From NCBI GenBank assembly GCA_045569015.1, contig JBJKZX010000002.1, positions 301,962 to 365,961 of the forward strand: DNA of 64,000 nucleotides, in the 5' to 3' direction. Numbering within the stretch: the first letter of the stretch is position 1; each line of letters begins with the position of its first letter. The notes under the pieces were generated by a model. It was not told the origin of the DNA, searched no databases, and was given only the letters and a program-made list of their open reading frames with translations. Shown here one piece after another: positions 51,401-59,711 of this stretch. The position numbers and the translations under genes are program-made. Source of the stretch: Fidelibacterota bacterium. GTDB lineage: Bacteria; Fidelibacterota; Marinisomatia; Marinisomatales; TCS55.

Positions 51401-54400
51401 CCATATACTTTATCTGTTTTAATCTTTACACTGTAGTCATCCGCCTCGTCGTCATCTGCAAGAGTATATTCTATCGTTGTGGTATTTGTTTTTGAGCTAG
51501 AAACTGAACTACCCAAACTCATTCCAAAGCTCACCGTAGATGTACTACCGATACCTACACCCATCACCTCAACACCCACTGCAGTTGCAATGGAGGTTTC
51601 GATTTCCATATCAACTTCAAGACTTAACGCTTCGGTAGATGAGGCTGAGGATGAGCTGGTGTACGAACCTGCGCCCCCATCAAATGACCTATTTTCAACA
51701 AAACTTGCATCTTTCGCAAGATTATCTGCATACACAAGAATCTCACTCCATCTGTCTACATCTTTTTGCTTTGTCGAATCAATAAGAGACAGGCGTTTTA
51801 ATTCTGGTAAAAGTGTATTTTCTATATAGGTTCGTGAATACTGGAAAGTAGTTGCAAATCCTTTTGGTAAAAATAAAATGTCACGCTTAACTGAATAATC
51901 CCAAACCTTATTTTCATCTTCTTCCAAAGACAAGATGTCAGTAGTTCCATAGAGGATATTCATAGCACCTCCGACAAATATATCACTACCTGCCGTACTA
52001 AAAGATTCTGACGATGTGTATTCCCATGATGTTTCGTAAGCAGAAGTTACCGATCCGCTAATACTTGAAGTATTTGTTACAGAGGCTTCCGCACTTATAT
52101 CAAACGCAGTTCCGATTCCCATAGGCGCAATCATTGTCGTGGTTTCTACTCCGGCGCTAATTGATGTTTCCTGTTCAAATCCAGCAGATGCCCCCATACT
52201 AAAGCCTAACGAAAAGCTTGAGGAGGATTCTGTAGTAAACGTTGATGAAGAACCATCGCCTGGTGGCTGGCGTAATATTAAAAAAGGTACGGATGGGGCT
52301 GTTGTTGTAAAATCTACAGAAACAGGTTTGTGCCCAAGAACCGATGCCCATTCATTAATGGTTGTTTGGCGCTGCTCAGAAGAGTCTGAGGCCAATACTT
52401 CAAATTTCTTTTTATAGGGAAATGCTCCATCTGGTGATGTATTTGGGACGCCGGGCATTATAGGGTAGCGAGCAATTCCCAGAGTGTCTAGGCTAAAGAT
52501 AAGCGTGTCTGACTCAACGCCACTATACCTATCCCCAACATAATCTCTGATTTTAATAAATCCACCCGTGAGAGCGCATTCTTTATCGTTGTAATAGCCT
52601 TCATAGACCGCTACATCAACCGTATCGCTTTTGTTTTGCTTGAAAGAGTAATCACCTACAATATTCCTTTTAAACCCTGCTGTGAACTTGGCAGCCACAG
52701 GCGCAAAATATGAAAAGTCAACCGTATCTTTATCTCCGTACCACGTTGAATCGGCATTATCGAAAGCCTTCTGCATATCATGAGTGCGTCCGTTATTTTT
52801 AAAATAAGTACCTATGTCTAATAGGTTGGGAACCTTAGGCGCATACTGCCTTGTAGTGTTAACGTCTATAGATATGTTGTATGCCATAATTGGCATATTT
52901 CTAAACTTATAATTTCCTCCAGCGTCAACAGTTGTGGTATCTGAAAAACAGCCATTCGCTGAAGTAGCAATTACTTTAGAAAAACCCTCAGGTCCTAATG
53001 CTAATTGGCAAGTACCCCCAGCAATCTTCCCCACGAGGTCACGCTTAAACGTATCAATAAAATCACGTGACTTGGGTTTTACAACATTGGTGTACGATGC
53101 AGAATACGGTCTATAATCTGTAGAGTCTCTGTCTGGCATGTCTGGCATTATTCTCATATCGCCACCCGGCTCTACTTCTACGAGATAGTATCCTTCATCG
53201 TTCGTTATTGTTCCTAAAAATTCACCATTTTGAAGAATCTTCACCTTTGGTATACCGCAATTTTTCCCTCTACAGTTTTGAGGATCAAAACGCACATAGC
53301 CCGATATTGACTGAAGATTTGTTACTTTAAAATTAACATTGTTTCGGACAGGATTTGAGTCACTCAAATACGTTTGATTCGAAGAAGGACTAAAAACATG
53401 AAAGGGTTTTGAAGGTGTTACGGTTATATTTGTTCCGCTACCATAATTAACATTTACAATCTCGTAAGCGCCTTCAAGGTCAGTAAAAGCTGATGCATAG
53501 GCGGGGGCATCTGAAACGTGCCAGTAACTATTATCCGATTCTCCAGCTAAAGAACCTTTTAAGGACTGATTAACTGCGTTTGTAATTGAATTGCCAGAAC
53601 CTACATCCATATTATTATAATGGAGAAGAGTTGGCTGGGCTACTTTACCACCTACCCTATAAGGAAGATAAACATTAAAATATTTTTTTATAACCGTGGA
53701 ATCAACGTTGTCTTTTATCTCATCAGGTCTTAGTGCGAGGTTTGCGTTCCTTGTTTCACCCCAAATTCTAAATTCATCTATGTTGCCTCTGAAAAAGTTG
53801 CCCGAAGCATCTTTACCTATTAAGAGTGCATCGCTTGTTGCAGCTTTGGTTGCTACCTCAACGACATCCTTGCCTGTGTTAAATAAAATTTTTGATCCAT
53901 TTACATAAAAACGGTACTCTGCTTTTTCAGCAGCTTTTTTTGTCTTAACAATTGAGACATGATTCCATGCGTTTGTGCTAATTGACTTATCGCTGACCAT
54001 CACCTCAGCACCATTCTGATGATAGACCAGCTTATTATAGGATCCGTCTTTTTTTAGCGCAAGTTTCCATGCAGACCCTTTACTTAAAATGACCTGTGTG
54101 CCTTCGACATCCGGAGTATTGAACCAAATCTCCGTTGTAAGGGTATCGCCTTTGTCGCTTGCAGCTAAATTAAATGCGGGATCTGTAGAGAATGAAGCGT
54201 AATCATCGTTACCATCTAAAAACAGTGAATTACCCCAATTTGGAGTAGCAACCATTCGTACAAACGGAATATCGGTACCTAAGGATGTTTGAACAAAACC
54301 TGTAATTGTACCGTTTGAAGATGTTTTACCGACGTAGGAATCACCTGTAACGTCAAAACCAAAAGCATTAGAGCCTTTAACGGTGTACGTATATTCTGTT

Positions 54401-54876
54401 CCAGGTGTTAACGCCACACCGGAGTTATTTTCATTATCTGTATATGAAGAACTGTTGAAATCAAACTTCGCGCGCACCTTTTGATTTCCTCTGTAAATAT
54501 CGTGTCCGTTTCCAGAAAGCATTGCTTGCGGCGTGTTCGGATCGTAACTCCAATCAAGAACAACTTTATCAGGAAAATAATCGTAGGTTGCTTTTAGCTT
54601 TATATTTTCAGGTTGTCTTTTAAATATATTCCAGTAACCAAGCTCAACCTGTTGGTTGGTGCCCACCATTGGTTTATCGGTTGTTTGAATGATTTGACCC
54701 ACAACAATACTAACGGTACCTTTTAACGCCTCTTGACCAGCAACTGCGCTAATAGTACCCTCTTGATTGCCTACTGCGCCACTAATGATCTTATATTCAA
54801 CCGAATTGCTGCTGTTTGAGACAGAGGTCTGCCCAACTAGCTGAGCAATAAATATTAAGGAATAAAGTTTTTTCAT
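48418..54876 (-). CDS. Giant multidomain T9SS cargo (Fn3-like, LamG-like, CarboxypepD_reg-like and unknown central region)
   Basis: 2152 aa with a signal peptide. The LamG/ConA-like block reads LFLDGNDDYASFS...WNHVSIVK...YRFYVNG...GNIDEFRIWG. The C-terminus QNYPNPFNPTTSIGFGV...GVYFVLMRSGSFMQTKKMILLK is a T9SS CTD. Confidence 0.88.
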   Translation of the reverse strand: MKKLYSLIFIAQLVGQTSVSNSSNSVEYKIISGAVGNQEGTISAVAGQEALKGTVSIVVGQIIQTTDKPMVGTNQQVELGYWNIFKRQPENIKLKATYDYFPDKVVLDWSYDPNTPQAMLSGNGHDIYRGNQKVRAKFDFNSSSYTDNENNSGVALTPGTEYTYTVKGSNAFGFDVTGDSYVGKTSSNGTITGFVQTSLGTDIPFVRMVATPNWGNSLFLDGNDDYASFSTDPAFNLAASDKGDTLTTEIWFNTPDVEGTQVILSKGSAWKLALKKDGSYNKLVYHQNGAEVMVSDKSISTNAWNHVSIVKTKKAAEKAEYRFYVNGSKILFNTGKDVVEVATKAATSDALLIGKDASGNFFRGNIDEFRIWGETRNANLALRPDEIKDNVDSTVIKKYFNVYLPYRVGGKVAQPTLLHYNNMDVGSGNSITNAVNQSLKGSLAGESDNSYWHVSDAPAYASAFTDLEGAYEIVNVNYGSGTNITVTPSKPFHVFSPSSNQTYLSDSNPVRNNVNFKVTNLQSISGYVRFDPQNCRGKNCGIPKVKILQNGEFLGTITNDEGYYLVEVEPGGDMRIMPDMPDRDSTDYRPYSASYTNVVKPKSRDFIDTFKRDLVGKIAGGTCQLALGPEGFSKVIATSANGCFSDTTTVDAGGNYKFRNMPIMAYNISIDVNTTRQYAPKVPNLLDIGTYFKNNGRTHDMQKAFDNADSTWYGDKDTVDFSYFAPVAAKFTAGFKRNIVGDYSFKQNKSDTVDVAVYEGYYNDKECALTGGFIKIRDYVGDRYSGVESDTLIFSLDTLGIARYPIMPGVPNTSPDGAFPYKKKFEVLASDSSEQRQTTINEWASVLGHKPVSVDFTTTAPSVPFLILRQPPGDGSSSTFTTESSSSFSLGFSMGASAGFEQETSISAGVETTTMIAPMGIGTAFDISAEASVTNTSSISGSVTSAYETSWEYTSSESFSTAGSDIFVGGAMNILYGTTDILSLEEDENKVWDYSVKRDILFLPKGFATTFQYSRTYIENTLLPELKRLSLIDSTKQKDVDRWSEILVYADNLAKDASFVENRSFDGGAGSYTSSSSASSTEALSLEVDMEIETSIATAVGVEVMGVGIGSTSTVSFGMSLGSSVSSSKTNTTTIEYTLADDDEADDYSVKIKTDKVYGTPVFEVVAGNSSCPYEEWTNADGVVVTNPQDEPFMQFQSASTATNVLPDGTAEYRVLLRNESKSQTTRTYSLSSVLASNPRGAEILINGAIGIIPFTLDYLETDTATVTVRRPQDTDFYEFKDLRLKFAPECETNYAGVTQGYQASFTANFARPCSKVDFYNIADDWVVNSTFNDTLAVTFTGYDLTQSYFEQIELQFSPLEESKWYSIPEAMIVTDSLRTDNRQYETTYWDLSTLKDGTYDLRFKTVCLNGALVNLMQPKRGIIDREIPVLLGNAEPIDKVLNQNDEIAFNFNEDLSAASISQINFEINDPYGVGEITAFEFSANENRVTADFTLANREIENHNIDIRFFGYTDIYGNVGDTVTHSFTVDRNPISWSTPEISTVAIIGEPTIQTVELNNIGSNAKEFSVTGLPNWLTVATPEGTLNPGGNWEIDFRISPDINVGDFVDTVFAETPEGNEPLAFKVASMCEYPNWDIDPASYQYTMNVVGKIGVLGTISEDKYDRVAAVVDGEYRGYADLVYDTDLKEYRAYLTVYSNASSGELVEFHIWDRSNCVEWWKTDQTIAFNADGSSGAPNEPLAINATGEVAQEFMFPIGWDWMSFNLESNEMLIDDIFSDLDPSFGDRIIGQDGFAQYSDATGWIGTLADEPLNKREMFMVNLSSKDSTDFIGVRVGADTIPIQLEQGWNWLSYLPSFNSDLGNALKTLSPDQNDLIKSQTQFAQYVSDVGWVGNLKRLKPSEGYKIQMANADTLTYPYIMSGQSAKTLDKEIIFPEAPWDTVLWRNYKNSMNVTAVIDNNIAEQMNSPEDVVVAISNGEIRGFTRPEFIEGLDSYRLFMTIFSNSPTGELIELKFWDADKDIIYSSKENLSFTNNDMIGGAIDPWVLSLKPLTKGDRGFVPDKYVLDQNYPNPFNPTTSIGFGVPEDSHISLSIYNILGEEIHTLINDQFMRAGYQTIMWNARAVNGDRVPSGVYFVLMRSGSFMQTKKMILLK

Positions 54877-54897
54877 TTTTACAAAGGTTTCAATCGA

Positions 54898-56280
54898 TTA
54901 ATAGGGAACTGCATAGACTGTTGCTTCACCCCTACTCCAATTAATCTGTGTGCTGATAAGTTTAATGGATGTTACATTTGTTCCATTTCCAAACCGACCA
55001 TAACTATTACAGTTAACAGGATTTGTAGCTGAGTTGCCAATTTTACCATTAATACTCGCCCCATTACCATCGGGGTACCGCTGTATCGTAACCTCGCCAC
55101 TTACCCAGCCACCTTGATTCCATCCTTGGCGCCCTAAATTCACACCTAAGTTACCGACATTGTTATGGCCCCAGCCACCACTCCAAAACTTGCATTCAGA
55201 TTCTCCTCTATGAACATTGTTCGCCGTATTATTATTTAGGCGAATGTAAAAATGAGAGTCATTTTTTCCGCTAGCGTAAACAGTAAAAAATAATTTATAT
55301 CTTTTATGTTTATCCAAGTTTAGACCTGTGAATTCAATCACTTTATTACTGAAGTTACTGCTAGACTTTTTATCAACGATATACATGATATTAGGTGCTT
55401 CAAAATTATTGGTGGTATATACTTTATTTCCAGGCTTTGCATCAATGCGAACATCGCCAAGCATTCCCTTTATGTACATAACGGTACTATTTTTGGTTAA
55501 CCATCCAAACACGCCTTGAGCTCCTTGGCTTGTACCTTTGGGCATAAGATGTATTTTTGAATGGTCATCACCTACAATAGTTAATCCAGTACCGTTTTGA
55601 TCTATTCTCACTTTACCGTCAACGTGAAGCTTGTCAGTTGGAGCACCAGTACCTACGCCCAAACGACCATCCTGCCTTAGAGTAATACCCTTACTCCATT
55701 CATCTTTACCATTTATTTTAGGGGCAATGTATAGCTTGTCATAATTCGCATTACTTCTTGGATGAATAGTATAGCCTGTTTGAGAATCATCGTGCTCTAA
55801 GCGAAGGTTGCTCTCAATCTTAACTTCACCTTTAACATGAAGTTCTCTGTCAGGGCTTGTGGTTCCAAATCCTACATTCCCAGAAGCAGGAATAACATTG
55901 GTAGCACCATCGAGTTGCGCCATGATTGCATACGGGGTCATAGTTAATGGAGATCTTGGAGACAGCTCACCGTTTGAGCCAATTTCTAAACTTAAAAAGA
56001 ACTTATCGTTAAAATTTAACGATGCCATTGATGTTTCAGAGCCCAAATTCGTTGAAAAAACACCGTTAACCACTTTCAAGGTCTGCGCTTCACTCCAAAC
56101 AGCATTTCCTCCTGAAAGAGCCTTGTAGAGCCTAAACGTAATGGTATGATCACCATCTTTAAGCGATGCGCCTGAATTGTCTCTTGCAATTCCTTGAATG
56201 CTGATAAGCTGCGCGAATGCTACGTTTAAAATAAATAGTAGTGAAATAATCTTTTTTGAAAGGTTCATAACTTTTTCCAT
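54898..56280 (-). CDS. Secreted tail-fibre-like protein with unassigned G/N/W-rich C-terminal domain
   Basis: 460 aa with a signal peptide. The N-terminus IQGIARDNSGASLKDGDHTITFRLY...VWSE...NGVFS resembles the tail-fiber-domain proteins of Bacteroidota. It also has GNVGFGTTSPDRELHVKG and RLGVGTGAPTDKLHVDG repeats, and no T9SS CTD. Confidence 0.65.
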   Translation of the reverse strand: MEKVMNLSKKIISLLFILNVAFAQLISIQGIARDNSGASLKDGDHTITFRLYKALSGGNAVWSEAQTLKVVNGVFSTNLGSETSMASLNFNDKFFLSLEIGSNGELSPRSPLTMTPYAIMAQLDGATNVIPASGNVGFGTTSPDRELHVKGEVKIESNLRLEHDDSQTGYTIHPRSNANYDKLYIAPKINGKDEWSKGITLRQDGRLGVGTGAPTDKLHVDGKVRIDQNGTGLTIVGDDHSKIHLMPKGTSQGAQGVFGWLTKNSTVMYIKGMLGDVRIDAKPGNKVYTTNNFEAPNIMYIVDKKSSSNFSNKVIEFTGLNLDKHKRYKLFFTVYASGKNDSHFYIRLNNNTANNVHRGESECKFWSGGWGHNNVGNLGVNLGRQGWNQGGWVSGEVTIQRYPDGNGASINGKIGNSATNPVNCNSYGRFGNGTNVTSIKLISTQINWSRGEATVYAVPY

Positions 56281-56374
56281 AATTAAAATGTTAAGATTTT
56301 ATGCAAATGAGTACTATTAAAGTAGAGACGTGCTTACAAAGAATAAAGTGTTTAAAAACAATTTTAATAAAAAA

Positions 56375-57577
56375 TTACAGGATTTTATTAAAATCGCTAC
56401 CAGAAGGATGCTGGAACACTTTTAAGTCAAATTCTGGAACTACAGCAAGCAGGTGATCAAAGATATCAGATTGAATTGATTCATAATTAATCCAGTCGGT
56501 ATCATTTGCGAAAACATATATCTCAATCGGTAGTCCGCTAGATGAAGGTGAGAGCTGCCTTACCAAGAATGTCATTTCATCATGTATCTTGTTGTGATTA
56601 CGAAGATACCCTTCAATATACGCGCGAAACGTTCCAATGTTTGTTAAAGACCTGCCATTGATTTGACCATCGTCCACAACATTATTTTCAGTATTGAACT
56701 TCTCAATTTCAGATAATTTTTGATTAATATATCTTCCAATTACTTTAAACTTTCTAAACCTTTCAGTCATCTCATTGCTGCAAAATTTGATGCTATTCAT
56801 ATCAATATTAATGGAGCGCTTGATTCTTCTCCCGCCACTTTCAGACATGCCCCTCCAATTTTTAAACGAAGAATCTAACAGTTTATTAGTGGGAATAATG
56901 CTAATAGTCTTATCCCAGTTTTGAATCTTTATCGAATGCAGGGCAATATCGATCACATCGCCATCCGCGCCAAACTGAGGAGCTTCTATCCAATCCCCTA
57001 CTTTAAACAAGTCATTTGAGCTGATTTGAACGCTAGAAACAAGAGATAGGATAGTGTCTTTGAATACCAGAAGTAGAACCGCAGTTAAGGCTCCAATACC
57101 GCTTAAAAAGTAAACCGGTGACCTACCTGTTAGAAGTGCAATAACAATGATAAAGCCAAATATTCCGACCAGAAGCTTTGCTACCTGCACATAGCTTTTT
57201 ATACTAAATTTTTGTGAAAAACTGCTCTTTGCATGCATTTGATTCAGTGCATTTAAAAACGCATTTAAAAATGAAATAAAAATAACCGCAATCATTGAAA
57301 ATAGCACCCTGTCAAAAATGTCGGGCCATGCTAGAATATTTTTAAAATTGTAAATAAATATTAACGGGATTAATAATGGCAATCTGTTGAATACCTTTTT
57401 TTCTATGAGAACGTCGTCAAATTCTGTTGAGGTTTTTTGAAAGAACATTGAAATTGCTCTTAGAATTACGCGGCTGGAAATTAGATATAAAAGTGCGCTA
57501 AAAATTATCACCACAGCATACAAGGTATACCAGCGGTCATCTGTGATTGATAAGATTAGGTTTTGAATACTTTGCAT
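56375..57577 (-). CDS. MscS-family mechanosensitive channel
   Basis: 400 aa with N-terminal TM helices, then DLFKVGDWIE...GDVIDIALHSIKIQNWDKTISIIPTNKL, the MscS beta-domain pattern. Confidence 0.85.
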   Translation of the reverse strand: MQSIQNLILSITDDRWYTLYAVVIIFSALLYLISSRVILRAISMFFQKTSTEFDDVLIEKKVFNRLPLLIPLIFIYNFKNILAWPDIFDRVLFSMIAVIFISFLNAFLNALNQMHAKSSFSQKFSIKSYVQVAKLLVGIFGFIIVIALLTGRSPVYFLSGIGALTAVLLLVFKDTILSLVSSVQISSNDLFKVGDWIEAPQFGADGDVIDIALHSIKIQNWDKTISIIPTNKLLDSSFKNWRGMSESGGRRIKRSINIDMNSIKFCSNEMTERFRKFKVIGRYINQKLSEIEKFNTENNVVDDGQINGRSLTNIGTFRAYIEGYLRNHNKIHDEMTFLVRQLSPSSSGLPIEIYVFANDTDWINYESIQSDIFDHLLAVVPEFDLKVFQHPSGSDFNKIL

Positions 57578-57580
57578 GAA

Positions 57581-58261
57581 TTAATTCCCTGTCTGTTTTA
57601 AGTGTTTATCTATTGAAATCTTGGTATTGATCATCTGAATACGCGTATCGCTCAATCTATTGGTATAAAAATTCTCAACATAATCTAAAATCCAATACAT
57701 CGCATTTTCCATTTTATCGGAAAGGAATATTGATCGAGTATTTTCATTGAATACATTTTTACCATGGATCAAGCTATAAAAATCTATAAAATAATCCCTC
57801 TTAAGTATTTGCAATCTTTGATCGTAAATCTCACTATTTGTATCGAGCCGTTTATAAAAATGTTCGTACAGAAGAGATATCTCGTTACTAATATTCTGTT
57901 CAGTGGAAAAATTTAATCTGCCGCTAGACACCGATGCCTTGTAGGCTGTTAACGATCCAAAAAATGTTGGAGCTGTAACTTCCTGAAGTGAAGTAAGAAT
58001 TTTTTCTTCTTCAAAATTCAATTCTTTATTACTGTATTTGATTAATGTTTTTAACAGTTCAGACTGCTTATCAACCGAAGCAATAATCCTATCGATGTTT
58101 TTAATATCTATTTCAATCTCATCGCGAATATTGATATAGTCTTCAAGAATCTTATCTTGAATATCTCTATCCTGTCTCCAGTCTTCGACCCAAAGTGATA
58201 TAGTTATGCCAAATAGTACGGCTAAAAACTCAACTCCTCCTCTGGCTAAAGTATTTTTCAT
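57581..58261 (-). CDS. ARGG-EF anchor family paralog 5
   Basis: 226 aa, MKNTLARGGVEFLAVLFGITISLWVEDWRQD. Central motif PTFFGSLTAYKASVSSGRLNF...LYEHFYKRL. Its ATG overlaps the paralog 6 stop. Confidence 0.8.
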   Translation of the reverse strand: MKNTLARGGVEFLAVLFGITISLWVEDWRQDRDIQDKILEDYINIRDEIEIDIKNIDRIIASVDKQSELLKTLIKYSNKELNFEEEKILTSLQEVTAPTFFGSLTAYKASVSSGRLNFSTEQNISNEISLLYEHFYKRLDTNSEIYDQRLQILKRDYFIDFYSLIHGKNVFNENTRSIFLSDKMENAMYWILDYVENFYTNRLSDTRIQMINTKISIDKHLKQTGN

Positions 58262-58950
58262 TTATTTAGCTCTTCATTAATAAGCTCATTCACAGCATTC
58301 ATGGATTCTACAATTTTTTGAAGCATATGATGCACAACCCTTGTCATGGAAATTGTTTTCATAATTTCTTTTTGCATACTATTATTGCAAAAAACTTCTT
58401 CATTCATTAAAAAATGTTTTTCAACAATCTGAAAATCTTTATCTCGGTAGTATGAAAAATTTTCTACAAGAAATTCAGCCAAACCGTACTGATAGAGATT
58501 GGTTATAATGGGATCAACATTTTCATATCTTTTAAACTTAAAATCATATAAATCAATTAATTTGTCTTTTAATTGCTGATTCTCGATATACTTCATTTCG
58601 CTATTTGAAACAAGCGATCTGTAAACACCGTATCGTGGAAAAAGACTGTTGCTGCCTTTAAAAACTGATACAAGTAGAGTCATTAGCTCTTTTGGTTTTA
58701 TATTTTTCGCATCAGAGCAATCAAGGTTTATCAATATCTCCTGCGAATCAATAGACCCAAGCATGTCTTTTAGTACAAGCTGTGCATAATCCATGTCTTG
58801 ATTAAGGCTTACTTGCAAGTCAGATAAAAGACTTTTTTCGGTTTTTAGCATCGATGATTCTTCTATCTGTTTATCAATGTATAAGGATAGTGTTATGCCT
58901 AAAAGCACCGCGATAAACTCAACCCCTCCCCTTGCAAGCGTATTTTTCAT
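58258..58950 (-). CDS. ARGG-EF anchor family paralog 6
   Basis: 230 aa, MKNTLARGGVEFIAVLLGITLSLYID. ATGA overlap with paralog 7. Confidence 0.8.
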   Translation of the reverse strand: MKNTLARGGVEFIAVLLGITLSLYIDKQIEESSMLKTEKSLLSDLQVSLNQDMDYAQLVLKDMLGSIDSQEILINLDCSDAKNIKPKELMTLLVSVFKGSNSLFPRYGVYRSLVSNSEMKYIENQQLKDKLIDLYDFKFKRYENVDPIITNLYQYGLAEFLVENFSYYRDKDFQIVEKHFLMNEEVFCNNSMQKEIMKTISMTRVVHHMLQKIVESMNAVNELINEELNK

Positions 58951-59711
58951 TGAGCAGGTGCTATCTTTAGCTCTTCTTCAACTAATATTTTAAGATCGGA
59001 AAGAGTTTGTTTAAAGTTTCTTATAAATAACATTACAAAGTACCTATGTCTGTTTTTTAAGTTGATGTAGGTACGAACATAATCTTTTGTTAGAAAATAT
59101 TTGAGCTGCTCTATTTGATCATCGTAATTGTCTACGTTATCTCGAAAACGGTTTCTCAAGGTTAGTTGAGAAATAGATAGCAGTTCAGCTAATTTCGGGT
59201 CATTTTGATTAATCAAAGTATTCCTAAAATCAATTTGCATATCTATCTCAGTTTGAACATTCTTCAAAACAAACTCTAAGTCTGTTTTGACTAGTTCATT
59301 AATTTTCTTTCTGATTTCCATATTTTGAATTTCTTTCAAAGATCCATCTTGCATAATCAATTCAATTGATGAAATGGGAGGATGAAATTCACGAAAGTCT
59401 AAAAAAGTGTTATGAAAACTACCTCTTGTACCATTTTTGCTTAACGCTACAGCTGCCGAATCAATATTCATAGTGTCCCAATTATTGGCAAAATAATCCA
59501 TCCACGTGCTGTCTAATTGAAAGGCGGGGTCTCTTCTCTCTTTTATGAAATTTTCGGTTTGAACGATATCTTCGTAGACGGCCTCAAGTATCATAACTTG
59601 TTTTTCATTTAAATCGCGAGCTTTTCTGTTTTCATCTATCCAAAGTGAGCTAGTGATGCCTAAAAGAACAGCAATGAACTCAATACCTCCTCTTGCTAAG
59701 ATATTTTTCAC
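58947..59711 (-). CDS. ARGG-EF anchor family paralog 7
   Basis: 254 aa, GTG start, MKNILARGGIEFIAVLLGITSSLWIDEN. GTGA overlap with paralog 8. Confidence 0.8.
   Translation of the reverse strand: MKNILARGGIEFIAVLLGITSSLWIDENRKARDLNEKQVMILEAVYEDIVQTENFIKERRDPAFQLDSTWMDYFANNWDTMNIDSAAVALSKNGTRGSFHNTFLDFREFHPPISSIELIMQDGSLKEIQNMEIRKKINELVKTDLEFVLKNVQTEIDMQIDFRNTLINQNDPKLAELLSISQLTLRNRFRDNVDNYDDQIEQLKYFLTKDYVRTYINLKNRHRYFVMLFIRNFKQTLSDLKILVEEELKIAPAQ

Noticed and set aside
43773-56280. Phage-tail-like / contractile injection or prophage region, suggested by the tail-fibre-like gene.
   Set aside because: No sheath, tube, baseplate, portal, capsid or terminase genes are present. The neighbours are T9SS-sorted adhesin-like proteins.
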